The notes under the pieces are model-generated. The model made no database searches. It saw only the letters and a program-made list of their open reading frames with translations, and had not been told where the DNA came from. A DNA stretch of 64,000 nucleotides from a virus (Duplodnaviria; Caudoviricetes): positions 1 to 64,000 of the IMG/VR virus record IMGVR_UViG_3300032323_001487. The stretch is one strand, 5' to 3'. Positions 18,883 through 28,659 of the stretch are shown here, in pieces; positions within the stretch are counted from its first letter, which is position 1; each line of letters starts with the position of its first letter. The position numbers were made by a program, and so were the translations under genes.

Positions 18883-19245
18883 GTAACGAAATGATAACGG
18901 CTTACGATTTAATCTTGACAAACCGGGAAAAGTCACTTTAAAATGTCTCCGACATTTTAAAGCAAATTTCGATACACTTCCCTCTACAGGCCAGTGTTTA
19001 GGCGGGGGTCGATTTTCCCCCTTTTATTTCATACGGTAAGCAACTGCGAGGCCCGCCTTCGAAAAGGGGTCCCCATTTTTCCAAGCGGCGAGCCAGGTTT
19101 CCCCCCAGGGGGAAGCCGCGTTATTTCATAACGGCAAGCCATGACGCGAAGCGGGAACGTTGACGGCGAGCGTTTACACGCGCTATGTTTATTTACACAA
19201 CGGCAAGCCAATAACGGCAAGCCGATAACGGAAAGCAGGAGACGG

Positions 19246-19473
19246 ATGGACTTTGACGCGTGGTTGAAGATGGGTTACGAGAACGGGTGGGTAGGACCCG
19301 ACGTGTGCTTTACGCACGACGGCGTGCCTATGACGGCAAGCGAAGAAGCGGAGTTCGAGACGGGTGACCCTTGCGTACACATAGTGCGCCTCTACGAGTC
19401 GACGGATGCCAAACGGAGCGTCGAGGAGAACCACTCACCGAGTGTATGGAGAGCCACCAACAAGGGGTGGTAG
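19246..19473 (+). CDS. Hypothetical protein
   Basis: SD AGGAG before MDFDAWL; C..HDG...C.H pattern. Confidence 0.7.
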   Translation: MDFDAWLKMGYENGWVGPDVCFTHDGVPMTASEEAEFETGDPCVHIVRLYESTDAKRSVEENHSPSVWRATNKGW

Positions 19474-19538
19474 TTTTTCCAAGCGGGAGTTGACGGTCGC
19501 TCGAATCACGTTTCCGGGTTTGTTTTATGATAAAACCC

Positions 19539-19751
19539 ATGAGACACATCGAGGTACATTTAGTCGAGAGTAACGACGACAGAGAGTCATTGAACAAGGC
19601 TGGCTTTGACCTGTTCGAAGTCGAGACCTGCGAGCAATGCTTTGAGGAAGTTGGCGCAGTCGAAGACGCTGAGTTCGTTTCATTTGTTGTTTGTCTAGAC
19701 GAGGAAGATGAGTGGATTGTCTGCGCTGAGTGCGCTGAACCCATCTTGTAA
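19539..19751 (+). CDS. Acidic Zn-finger-like small protein
   Basis: CEQC...CAEC; TATGAT just upstream of the ATG. Confidence 0.65.
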   Translation: MRHIEVHLVESNDDRESLNKAGFDLFEVETCEQCFEEVGAVEDAEFVSFVVCLDEEDEWIVCAECAEPIL

Positions 19752-19769
19752 AGGGGTGCCTGTTTTTCC

Positions 19770-20255
19770 GTGCGAAAACTTTCTGTCTACCAAGACGTCG
19801 AGATTGACCTCGACGCGATTCTGAAATTATCTGAAGACTCTGAGTGGTTTGATGCTCAGATTGGCGATGTTCGCGATTTCTCATTTCGCAGGCTGAAGCA
19901 GTTCCAAGAAATTATTTTTCCGCAAATTAAAAATTACGTCGAAGATTGCTCAGACGAGCCACTCGAGATGGAATCATTTACTTTGATTCGATACACAGAG
20001 GGGCAGTTCTTTATCGAGCACTCTGACGACGACATCGAGGAACTCGAGCGCAAACTCTCCATCGTTATTTATTTGAACGACGATTACGAAGGAGGGGAGA
20101 TTTACTTCAGGAAACAAAACCTGACCATCAAACCCAAAGCCAACTCTCTGGTCGCGTTTCCTTCGACTGACGAATTCGTTCACGAAGCGAAGCCAATCAC
20201 CTCTGGGACAAAATATATAATCACCAGTTTTTGGTATTCGCGCTTGGAAAACTAG
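19770..20255 (+). CDS. 2OG-Fe(II) oxygenase (prolyl-4-hydroxylase-like)
   Basis: RY..GQFF..HSD, SIVIYLNDDYEGGE, HEAKPITSGTKY. Confidence 0.88.
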   Translation: MRKLSVYQDVEIDLDAILKLSEDSEWFDAQIGDVRDFSFRRLKQFQEIIFPQIKNYVEDCSDEPLEMESFTLIRYTEGQFFIEHSDDDIEELERKLSIVIYLNDDYEGGEIYFRKQNLTIKPKANSLVAFPSTDEFVHEAKPITSGTKYIITSFWYSRLEN

Positions 20256-20317
20256 CGACCCCTTTTTCTTTGCCAACCCACTTTCAAAATGTCAGTGGCT
20301 GCTCATACACTCAGAGT

Positions 20318-20641
20318 ATGGATGAATTTACAAATTACACAGAAGACGACTGGATGAGTTGGTGGACAGAGGTTTTCTATGGCATCGAGAACGATGACAT
20401 AGTTCACATCTGCGACCCACACGAAACCAAGCAGTGCGTCGATTGCGCGAAGGTTGACAATTGCTGGAACGAGAATGGTCTCTACATTCTCTGTACAGAT
20501 TGCCTCACAGTCGAGAGCACGTTGGAGATGAACCAAGTTCTAGGAGACGAGGACAGCCCCTACGCACACCTGAGCGAAGAAGAGAAAAAAGAAAAGTTCT
20601 TGGAGATGTATCGCGAGAATCCAGATATGTTCGACTTCTAA
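20318..20641 (+). CDS. Acidic Cys-containing hypothetical protein
   Basis: CVDC...CTDC; TACACT just upstream of the ATG. Confidence 0.65.
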   Translation: MDEFTNYTEDDWMSWWTEVFYGIENDDIVHICDPHETKQCVDCAKVDNCWNENGLYILCTDCLTVESTLEMNQVLGDEDSPYAHLSEEEKKEKFLEMYRENPDMFDF

Positions 20642-20715
20642 AAGTTTTTATAAATAAACTTGACAAAAAGATTTTTATCACTCATACTGTTACCAACAAC
20701 TCTTGAAGGAGAGAA

Positions 20716-21015
20716 ATGACACCAAGGATGAAAGACATCACCATCACCACAGCCACGATTGACTTTGGCGATTGGAAACTCACTGCGACTGGTCAACTCG
20801 GAACCCACAGCGAGTGGCGCGTCGAGCAAACCACTCCAGCGATTCACTACACGAACGACTGGAAGATGCGCGATTACATTTGCGACCAACAGGAACTCGA
20901 GAAGTTCCTCTGGGAAGAAGTTCAGCGCATCAACCAAAAGTATTCAGTCTGCGTATTCGAGGAAACTATCGAGCAGGTCGAAGACGAGGACTACTTCGAG
21001 GAAGAGGACAACTAA
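20716..21015 (+). CDS. Hypothetical early protein
   Basis: Own promoter and SD GAAGGAG. Confidence 0.75.
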   Translation: MTPRMKDITITTATIDFGDWKLTATGQLGTHSEWRVEQTTPAIHYTNDWKMRDYICDQQELEKFLWEEVQRINQKYSVCVFEETIEQVEDEDYFEEEDN

Positions 21016-21167
21016 TGTCAGAGCGCAACTGTTCCATCGCGACTTGCGACAAGCACGCAGATGTCTACGCAGGTGGACCCTACTCAGGAGACTGGGCTGA
21101 CTACTACTGCCACGACCACATCCCACAAAATTTTCAAGTCTGGGATAGACTTGACAAACAGAAATAA
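21015..21167 (+). CDS. Small Cys/His hypothetical protein
   Basis: MSERNCSIATC...YYCHDH; TAATG coupling. Confidence 0.6.
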   Translation: MSERNCSIATCDKHADVYAGGPYSGDWADYYCHDHIPQNFQVWDRLDKQK

Positions 21168-21211
21168 ATCTGCTTTACTAGCAGAGTCATAAAAAACAAG
21201 AAGGAGACAAA

Positions 21212-21604
21212 ATGACAGAACGAGTAACTTGGGTGGACTACCAGTGGAAAGACGAAGCAATGTCTGGAGACAAGATGGCAATGGTGGTAATTCTCAACGA
21301 CAAAGACCTTTACGAGAAGTTGTCTACAGACGACGAGTTCGACCAGCGCGTCTGGTTTTACTTTCAAGACGAGGCAGAGTTCAAGCGTGCGTTCAATAAG
21401 GACAACGACGAACACGAGTTCTACTTGGTCGCACAGTATGACGAAGAGGACAACCCAATCTGTCCATCGTGCGATGGATTCATCCCAAGCAATGAGAACC
21501 CGGGCGCATACCCAGGGGCTATCTCGCGCAAAGACAACAGCACAGAGATTTGCTCAGCGTGTGGAACTGCTGAGGCGCTCGCGGACTTTTTTGGAAATAA
21601 ATAA
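21212..21604 (+). CDS. Hypothetical protein with a C-terminal Zn ribbon
   Basis: CPSC...GAISRKDN..EICSACG; SD AAGGAG. Confidence 0.75.
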   Translation: MTERVTWVDYQWKDEAMSGDKMAMVVILNDKDLYEKLSTDDEFDQRVWFYFQDEAEFKRAFNKDNDEHEFYLVAQYDEEDNPICPSCDGFIPSNENPGAYPGAISRKDNSTEICSACGTAEALADFFGNK

Positions 21605-21693
21605 AAAATCTTTTACGACACGCTTGACAAATAAAAATAAATCTGTTTTACTATTCAGGTAAGCAAAACCACTCGTTAGGAAGGAAAAAACAA

Positions 21694-22188
21694 ATGAGTG
21701 TAAAAAACAAAAAGGACAGCGCAGGTAAGGCGCTGTATGTGGAGTTCCGCAAGGCAGGCTACACATACCAGTTCATCCTCACCCCTGAGGCTGTCTTCAA
21801 TGGTCAGTTCTATCCTGTCCACTTTATGCGTAGAAATATGAACAGTTTCCAGTCTCGCAAGAACTGGGCTATCGATGCGACTCGTCACATCCCAAGCCCA
21901 CCTATTGACGCGTCAGGCGACTTTGCTCAGGCATCAGACGCTGAGGCAAAGCAAATGGCAGAACTCAAGTTACAGTTTGTGAAAAGCACGCTGAGCGACT
22001 TGTTCTACAAAGAGTGGAAAGTCTTCAAGAATCCAATCGCTGTCGAAGTTACTTACGAGGACCTAGACCTGATTGCTCAGAAGAAAACCCCTCAGGCGCT
22101 GATTCGTCGAATCCAGCGTTCACGAGTTGAGTTCGGTTTTGGAGAAGACCTAGTGTCTACTGCTGAGCCAACGATTCCAGTAGCGTAA
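21694..22188 (+). CDS. Hypothetical protein
   Basis: Own promoter, SD GGAAGGA; upstream of the AAA+ gene. Confidence 0.75.
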   Translation: MSVKNKKDSAGKALYVEFRKAGYTYQFILTPEAVFNGQFYPVHFMRRNMNSFQSRKNWAIDATRHIPSPPIDASGDFAQASDAEAKQMAELKLQFVKSTLSDLFYKEWKVFKNPIAVEVTYEDLDLIAQKKTPQALIRRIQRSRVEFGFGEDLVSTAEPTIPVA

Positions 22189-22213
22189 ATCTCAGATAGG
22201 AAGGAAATACAAA

Positions 22214-23212
22214 ATGACTGAGACTACTTTTATTGAGAAGGCAGAGCGCCTTCACGCAGATTTGCCAGCAGTTCTTTATGGACTTGCCGGGCAAGCGATA
22301 AACTCAGAGTTGGGAAAAACTCTCGACTCTTACTACGACGACAAAGTAGGTCGCGCTGTTATTCGCAATCGTGGATTAGTGAAAGGCAAAATCATTAGCG
22401 CAGATGCTCTTGTAGGAGAAGACTCTTACGCAAGACCTAATGGCGACAAATACTTTGCTCGCAACTGGGGTTCTAGCGCACATAAGGATGTCGAGGTTCT
22501 TCGCAAGAGTCGCGATGTCAATCAGTTCGTGTTGCTATATGGCGCACCTGGTTGTGGAAAAACCGCGCTCGCGGAAGCCGCGTTTGGTTCAGACCTTTAC
22601 ACAGTTCTAGGTTCTGGCGACACAGAAGTTTCCGACTTGGTTGGTGGCTATGTCCAGACTCCAAGTGGCTCGTTCGAGTGGGTCGATGGTCCTCTCCTTC
22701 GCGCAGCAGAAGAAGGCAAAGTTCTTCTGATTGACGAAGTGGGTCTTATCGACTCGAAGGTTCTGACTGTTGTCTATGGACTTATGGATGGTCGTCGCGA
22801 GTACACAGTTACTGCTAACCCAGAGCGCGGCACAGTCAAGGCGAAGGATGGATTCTTCGTTATCGCTGCGACTAACCCAAACGCACCGGGCGTAGTTCTC
22901 TCAGAGGCTTTGCTATCGCGATTCACTATTCAGGCAGAAATGACTACTGACTGGTCGCTCGCGAAGAAGTTGGGCGTTCCTATGCAAATGGTTACTGCGG
23001 CGCAGAACCTTGCTAAGAAGTTCACCAGCGACGAAGTTTCGTGGGTTCCTCAGATGCGCGAGTTGCTCGCGTTCCGAGACCTGTCGAAAGTATTTGGCAC
23101 CTCGTGGGCTATCGAGAATTTGATAGCCGCCTGCCCTGAGTTAGACAGACCTACTGTGGTCGATGTGCTGACTCGTGTGTATGGCGAGGAGTGCCGCGCA
23201 GCCAGAATCTAG
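22214..23212 (+). CDS. MoxR-family AAA+ ATPase (CbbQ/NirQ/CobS-like)
   Basis: Walker A GAPGCGKT, FEWVDGPL, Walker B LLIDE, ATNP, ALLSRF. Confidence 0.9.
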   Translation: MTETTFIEKAERLHADLPAVLYGLAGQAINSELGKTLDSYYDDKVGRAVIRNRGLVKGKIISADALVGEDSYARPNGDKYFARNWGSSAHKDVEVLRKSRDVNQFVLLYGAPGCGKTALAEAAFGSDLYTVLGSGDTEVSDLVGGYVQTPSGSFEWVDGPLLRAAEEGKVLLIDEVGLIDSKVLTVVYGLMDGRREYTVTANPERGTVKAKDGFFVIAATNPNAPGVVLSEALLSRFTIQAEMTTDWSLAKKLGVPMQMVTAAQNLAKKFTSDEVSWVPQMRELLAFRDLSKVFGTSWAIENLIAACPELDRPTVVDVLTRVYGEECRAARI

Positions 23213-23344
23213 GCTCCTTCCCCTAGATTCTCTAGCGAGGGGGTGGGTTGGTTCTCCCCAACTCACCCTCTCTTCAACTTGACAATCAATAAAAAATCCT
23301 TTACCATTACAGAGTAGCAATTAGATGAAAGGACACAAAGACTA

Positions 23345-25207
23345 ATGGCTCATTACTCACCTAGTATCGAAACTAGAAAATCCACTCCAACTGAGTGGCT
23401 ACGAATTGGCGCACAGATTGGTCAAATCGTAAACAACTGGTCTTACAGAGACGACCTCGTGGTCTATCTAGGAGAAGAGATGTCTGCGCCTTACGCAGCG
23501 CTCTTCAATCCTGCGAGCGCCGAGGTCGAGGTCAACGTGGTTCGAGCATTTGGCTCGTTCGCAAATCCTGCTTTGATTGGCGACCTCACCAAGCGCAAGA
23601 ATCAACTCGAGCACGCATCAGGTTGTGGCTCTGTCTATCACGAGGCTTGCCACGCGCGGTTCACTCGCTGGTCTCTCGCAGACGCTGCTCGTATTTTGAC
23701 TAAGCGCGAGCACGATGCTCTGATGCTTTTGGAAGAAGGTCGCATCGAATCTTTTGGAGTCGCCTCAATCCCGGGCAACAAAATTCTTCTTCGCTCTTCT
23801 GGTATGGAAATCGCGATTGGCGACTTCGACAAAGTTAAGGAGAACCTCACCAGCATCGATAGCGTCGTTCAGTTGTGTGGGCTAATGCTTGCTCGCGTTG
23901 ATGCTGGCGTTTTCACAGAAGAAGATGTCGAGCCTTTGGCAGAAGTTGTTGACTTAGCGATTGGCGCAGACAACGTTGCCAAGTTGCGTTCTATCTGGAT
24001 TGCGTTCCAAGCGCACGACCAGCACACCAACGCTCTACCTCTTTACGACCTTGCTCGCGAGTGGGTCAGGATTGTAGACGAGATTAAGTCAGAGAAGGGC
24101 GAAGAGCCTAGCGATGATGGTTGCTCTTACCCTGGAGCATCAGGTGAGCCGGGCGCATCAAGCGAGCCGGGCGAGCCAAGCGAATCAGGTGAGCCAAGCG
24201 AGAACCCAATTTGGAAAGCAGTCAACAAGGCTCTTGAAGATGCTATCGAAGAAATAAAAGACAACATCCAGATTGACAACCAGACTGCGATTGACAACGC
24301 AATCGAAGACGAAGAGATGCGCGAAGAAGTTCAGGCTCGCAACTCTGAGGCAGAACGTCGTCAAGAAGAGAAGAAGGTTTCTGATGAAGTCTTTGGTCGT
24401 GGCACTGGTCCTAGCGCAGACACTAAGACTCGCTCGAGACTAATCGAGAGTCGCAAGCCAACTAGTTCAGAGCGAGCCTCTGCTGTTCGCGTTGCTCGAC
24501 TACTCGACAAAGCGAAATACCGCGAGCGCGAACAAACTCGTATCAAGAGCGTAGTTCCACCGGGTCGTCTTCGCACGCGAGCAATCGTTCAGGGTCAGGC
24601 TCTCAAGTCGAAGGGTATCAACCAAGAGACAGAGGCGTGGCGTAGAACCCAGCGCAAGCACACAGAAGACCCAACTCTTCACGTGGGCGTGCTGGTAGAC
24701 ATCTCAGGCTCGATGCGTAGCGCGATGAACCCAATGGCGACAACTGCTTGGGTTCTGTCAGAGGCTGGTCGTAGGATTCAGGCTCAGACTTCGATGGTCT
24801 ACTTCGGCAATGGCGTGTTCCCGACTCTCAAGCCGGGACAGCACCTAGACGAAGTGAAGGTCTACTCGGCGACTGACAACACCGAGCGATTCGAGAAGGC
24901 GTTCAAGGCGCTGAACGGTCAGATGAATCTGACTCGCAGTTCGGGCGCTCGTCTGCTCGTGATTGTGTCTGACGGATACTACGACTACGACCAGCGCGAG
25001 GCTGCTAGCAAAGCGGTAGCGGAGTGCGAGAAGGCAGGCGTGGCAGTTATCTGGCTCACCTACGACGAAGGCTCGACGGCTAAGGCGATTCTGCGGAACA
25101 GCAAGAACGCCCGACTGATTCTCGCTCACGGCAAGACATCGGAAGAGGTCGCGCAACTAATCGGTAGCGAGTCTGCCGATGCGCTGACCAAGGTCGGTAG
25201 GAGATAA
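23345..25207 (+). CDS. VWA-domain partner protein (CobT-like) with an N-terminal HExxH
   Basis: HEACH...EEGRIE, acidic linker, MIDAS DISGS...T...SDG. Confidence 0.88.
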   Translation: MAHYSPSIETRKSTPTEWLRIGAQIGQIVNNWSYRDDLVVYLGEEMSAPYAALFNPASAEVEVNVVRAFGSFANPALIGDLTKRKNQLEHASGCGSVYHEACHARFTRWSLADAARILTKREHDALMLLEEGRIESFGVASIPGNKILLRSSGMEIAIGDFDKVKENLTSIDSVVQLCGLMLARVDAGVFTEEDVEPLAEVVDLAIGADNVAKLRSIWIAFQAHDQHTNALPLYDLAREWVRIVDEIKSEKGEEPSDDGCSYPGASGEPGASSEPGEPSESGEPSENPIWKAVNKALEDAIEEIKDNIQIDNQTAIDNAIEDEEMREEVQARNSEAERRQEEKKVSDEVFGRGTGPSADTKTRSRLIESRKPTSSERASAVRVARLLDKAKYREREQTRIKSVVPPGRLRTRAIVQGQALKSKGINQETEAWRRTQRKHTEDPTLHVGVLVDISGSMRSAMNPMATTAWVLSEAGRRIQAQTSMVYFGNGVFPTLKPGQHLDEVKVYSATDNTERFEKAFKALNGQMNLTRSSGARLLVIVSDGYYDYDQREAASKAVAECEKAGVAVIWLTYDEGSTAKAILRNSKNARLILAHGKTSEEVAQLIGSESADALTKVGRR

Positions 25208-25332
25208 CGGCTTGGGGGTAGGGATTGTGTCCCCTACCCCCGACACGCCGATACAATAAAACTTGACACGGCAAGCGATTAGCGCAATAATTAGATACAC
25301 GAGCCAACGGCTCGCCTAACGGAAGGACAAAA

Positions 25333-25758
25333 ATGGGACAGTATCACATCCTCGTAAACCTAGACAAGCGTGAGTGGGTAGACCCTCACGGCTTGGGATT
25401 GGGTGACAAGCAACACGAGCACACGGGAGCGTTCAACGGGTCGCTCTCTGACGCAATGTATCTACTCGTAATGAGTAGCCCGAGACGCGGTGGCGGAGAT
25501 TGGGCAGAGACCGAGGTCTCTGGGCGCTGGGTTGGAGATAGGGTCGTTCTGCTGGGCGACTACACAGAAGACGCAGACATTCCAAATGTCGAGAACGCCA
25601 GCAAACTTTATGTTCAGGTTCAGGAAGAGTTTTTGGACATCACGCCTCAAGTGCGAGACGCGTTCAAAATCGTATTCGAATTGGACTACGAACTCAAGGT
25701 CAGCGATTGGGACTCTGAGTATTCGTATTGGATAGTCAAGGACCCTGAGCGAGTCTAA
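25333..25758 (+). CDS. Hypothetical phage protein
   Basis: MGQYH..VNLDKRE...GRW.GDR...GDY; own promoter and SD. Confidence 0.75.
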   Translation: MGQYHILVNLDKREWVDPHGLGLGDKQHEHTGAFNGSLSDAMYLLVMSSPRRGGGDWAETEVSGRWVGDRVVLLGDYTEDADIPNVENASKLYVQVQEEFLDITPQVRDAFKIVFELDYELKVSDWDSEYSYWIVKDPERV

Positions 25759-25767
25759 AAACTAACG

Positions 25768-25804
25768 AAAGCCACGAGCCTTGAAAAGGGGTTCGTGGTT
25801 TTTT
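25768..25804 (+). terminator. Intrinsic terminator
   Basis: GCCACGAGCC...GGTTCGTGGT followed by a T-tract. Confidence 0.75.
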
Positions 25805-26009
25805 CGTATCTTGAAAAAGGGGTAGCCCTTTTTCCAAGCGAGGTTTTGACTCGCTCGCTCACTCGCTCACTCGCTGTGAAATAAAAATCTGCGTCGTGCT
25901 TCTCCTGAACGACACGCCAAAAAAAGTTCTATAAATAACTTGACTTAATGTCAGGGGTGTGTTTTACTCTATTTACATCAAAGTTCTTTGGAAGGAGAAC
26001 AAACAAAAA

Positions 26010-26417
26010 ATGGCAAATTACTACGAGACAGCAAGAAGCAACTATTTCTTCGTAAAAGATGTAGACGCTTTCAAAGCAGAACTAGATGGGTCTGGTCTTA
26101 ATGTCGAGACTCGCAACATTGGAGAACTAACTCAGGTTGGTCTATTCGCAGACGACTCTCAATCAGCGTCTTTCTTCGAGAAGTATGACCAAGAGACCTT
26201 CGAGTCAGAAGAGTTGGATTGGACAGGTATCTTCAAGCGACACCTAGTTGACAACCAAGTCGCAATCATTATGGGCGCTGGCGCTGAGAAACTTCGCTAC
26301 ATAAATGGTTGGGCTGAGGCTTACAACAACAAAGGTGAGAAGAGGGTAATTGGCTTGAGCGACATCTACAAACTAGCAGAGGAACTTGGCTCTGAAATTA
26401 CCAGAGCCGAATACTAA
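26010..26417 (+). CDS. Hypothetical early protein
   Basis: SD GGAAGGAG; MANYY...RSNYF.VKD. Confidence 0.75.
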   Translation: MANYYETARSNYFFVKDVDAFKAELDGSGLNVETRNIGELTQVGLFADDSQSASFFEKYDQETFESEELDWTGIFKRHLVDNQVAIIMGAGAEKLRYINGWAEAYNNKGEKRVIGLSDIYKLAEELGSEITRAEY

Positions 26418-26500
26418 AAAATAATTTGGGAAAGGGCTTGACAAATGTCAGCCCTGACCCTTATTATAGAAACATAAAGTTCTGGAAGGAGAACAAACAA

Positions 26501-26701
26501 ATGCCAAGATTTCGAATTGGATACAGCGAAGAGTCGTATGGCTGGTATTACTTCGACGCTGACAGCGCTGAAAAAGCACAGGAACTAATCGAGTTGGTCG
26601 AAGAGGGCGAACTTGACGCAGACGACCTACCTGCTTTCTACAAGAAAGAAAATGGTGGTCAGCACGAGTGGATTAACGACCTAGAGGAGTTGGACAACTA
26701 A
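26501..26701 (+). CDS. Small acidic hypothetical protein
   Basis: Leader nearly identical to that of the 26010 gene (GGAAGGAGAACAAACAAA). Confidence 0.7.
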   Translation: MPRFRIGYSEESYGWYYFDADSAEKAQELIELVEEGELDADDLPAFYKKENGGQHEWINDLEELDN

Positions 26702-26955
26702 TGGCTGAGTGCGCTTGCGAATACTGCGAGTCTCCAGACAAGCACAACATTTACGCTGAAGGACTCTGCCAAGAGTGCTACGAAGAGTGTCGAGAGGAAA
26801 AACAACTAATGACAGAAATCAACAAGTGCGACTTGTGCCTAGAGGTCTCAACTGAGGCTCTAGTCAAGTTCGTGAAACTAGACATCTGCGCTGAGTGCGC
26901 CGAGAAAATTGACGAACAGCACGAGCGTCGTATGCGCTATCTAGACCAACTCTAA
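26701..26955 (+). CDS. Cys-rich small protein
   Basis: Four CxxC pairs; coupled start. Confidence 0.65.
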   Translation: MAECACEYCESPDKHNIYAEGLCQECYEECREEKQLMTEINKCDLCLEVSTEALVKFVKLDICAECAEKIDEQHERRMRYLDQL

Positions 26956-26972
26956 AAAAGGAAAATAAGCAA

Positions 26973-27242
26973 ATGGAAAAAATCACAGTAAATCTAAAAA
27001 GCGAGGCGTTCGCCTCAATAGACCAACTCATTTCGACTTGGGACAACACCTTCTTGTATCGCCTAACTTGGACAGACAATGTGGCGAACACTTGGGAAGA
27101 GTATTACCCAACTTTGCCTATCGCTCTTGTTCGACTTTCGGCGCTCGCAGAGTGCGTGGATTTCCCAGACAAGTCGTTCAGGGCAGAGCCAGCGAAGTTC
27201 ATTACTTCTGCTCAGGAGTTCCTAGACGAGCAGGTGGCGTAA
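26973..27242 (+). CDS. Hypothetical protein
   Basis: SD AAGGA. Confidence 0.7.
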   Translation: MEKITVNLKSEAFASIDQLISTWDNTFLYRLTWTDNVANTWEEYYPTLPIALVRLSALAECVDFPDKSFRAEPAKFITSAQEFLDEQVA

Positions 27243-27472
27243 TGACAGTTCAAAAACTAATTGACCTGCTGAAACTCTCAGACCCAAACGAGCCAATCGT
27301 GTTTCAGTTTTTGCTACACGAACATGTAGAACTCGACTACTCAGCAGAGGAGTTTGAAGCAATCGCTGACCACCTAGAAGACAGCGACTCATTTGGCGAC
27401 GACACAGCACGAGTGCTAAAAGATTGGCTGGCTCGTGCGAACGAAGTTCTCGAAGAAGAGGGGTTGATGTAA
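27242..27472 (+). CDS. Hypothetical protein
   Basis: TAATG coupling, MTVQKLIDLL. Confidence 0.7.
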   Translation: MTVQKLIDLLKLSDPNEPIVFQFLLHEHVELDYSAEEFEAIADHLEDSDSFGDDTARVLKDWLARANEVLEEEGLM

Positions 27473-27505
27473 AATAAAAACACACAAAAGAAAGTTGAGG
27501 CTCTT

Positions 27506-27724
27506 ATGACTCAGTATCAGGTAGTCGTTCCTGTTTCGTTTCTCGTCGAAGCAAACAGCGACGCTGAGGCAAAGCGAATTGCCACAGGACTAATTCACGA
27601 ACACATTAATGGAAACAAGTTAGAGGCAGAGTTTATTGAGGAAACTTTTGGCAAGCAAGAAAAGCCAAACTTCTCTGTTCAGGACTTGGAAGCCATTGAG
27701 TGTTCCGCACTTGACAACGAATAA
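27506..27724 (+). CDS. Hypothetical protein
   Basis: SD GAGG; VEA.S..EA motif common in small phage proteins. Confidence 0.65.
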   Translation: MTQYQVVVPVSFLVEANSDAEAKRIATGLIHEHINGNKLEAEFIEETFGKQEKPNFSVQDLEAIECSALDNE

Positions 27725-27746
27725 ATAAATCATTACCATTGAGGTA

Positions 27747-28157
27747 ATGTCAAAAACAAAAAAGGACAAAATGACAACTATGACAAAAGTTCTACAAGAC
27801 TCAGCGTTCTACACGAACGAAGCAGGCACAGAGGTTGTATGGGACAACGACCCTAACAAGCGTTTCTATGTCGTGCGTGCTGGCGAAATGCGTATCCACG
27901 CAACCAAAGATGGACACACAGAGGTTATTCGCTACACAGACCAACTACGAGACTTTGGCATTACAGATGATGACGCGCTCGCGGTTTGGTCTGCTAAAGA
28001 CGAAGAAGTATTTTCTTGGGTGAACAACTCTTGGTTCGAGGTCTACGACGCAAATGACTCATACTATTTCTCAGACCCACTCCACTCTTTAGACGAGGCA
28101 GTAGAGTTCGCTCTAGCATTGTCAAAGACTTTTGGCAAAGATGGAGAGGTGGCGTAA
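27747..28157 (+). CDS. Hypothetical protein
   Basis: Own promoter; start may be 27771. Confidence 0.7.
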   Translation: MSKTKKDKMTTMTKVLQDSAFYTNEAGTEVVWDNDPNKRFYVVRAGEMRIHATKDGHTEVIRYTDQLRDFGITDDDALAVWSAKDEEVFSWVNNSWFEVYDANDSYYFSDPLHSLDEAVEFALALSKTFGKDGEVA

Positions 28158-28432
28158 TGAAAGTTCGACAAGCAGTTGGCGAGGTAATCCGTGAGGCACG
28201 CCTCGAGCGCAAGATGACTCTTCGAGACCTGTCGTCAGTTTCTAGCGTCGCCCTTGGATACCTGAGCGAACTCGAGCGTGGACAGAAAGAGGCTTCATCA
28301 GAAATCCTCGACAGCGTGGCACTCGGCTTGGGTATCTCACTTTCCGAATTAGTGGTTCAGACGGGTTATAGAATAATGTTGAACGAACCCGCCAACGAGC
28401 CTGAGAGACTCTTAGAGTTCGCACGGGTCTAA
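28157..28432 (+). CDS. XRE-family HTH regulator, ClgR-like
   Basis: TLRDLS....VALGYLSELERGQKEASSEIL closely resembles actinobacterial ClgR. Confidence 0.8.
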   Translation: MKVRQAVGEVIREARLERKMTLRDLSSVSSVALGYLSELERGQKEASSEILDSVALGLGISLSELVVQTGYRIMLNEPANEPERLLEFARV

Positions 28433-28447
28433 CTAGTTAGGAACACA

Positions 28448-28627
28448 ATGGGTGCTTTAGAGACGCTCTGGAAACTTGCTGACGATTTTGAAATCAAACC
28501 CGAACGGCTCGCCGAGAGTGCGGAACTGTCCGCTATGATTTCGAAGAACACCGCCTACGCCGAGTTATCGGCTTGGGTAAAGAAGAACCTTGGTAGTTTC
28601 AAGACCGCCAAGAAATCTTCTAAATAA
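28448..28627 (+). CDS. Hypothetical protein (59 aa, below the ORF track cutoff)
   Basis: MGALETLWKLADDF...; SD AGGA. Confidence 0.6.
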   Translation: MGALETLWKLADDFEIKPERLAESAELSAMISKNTAYAELSAWVKKNLGSFKTAKKSSK

Positions 28628-28659
28628 ACTTGACACGGCTAGGCTTATCGGCTAGCCTT

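Noticed and set aside
24135-24205. GAGCCGGGCG-type repeats in the VWA gene
   Set aside because: They encode a low-complexity GEPS/GEPG linker
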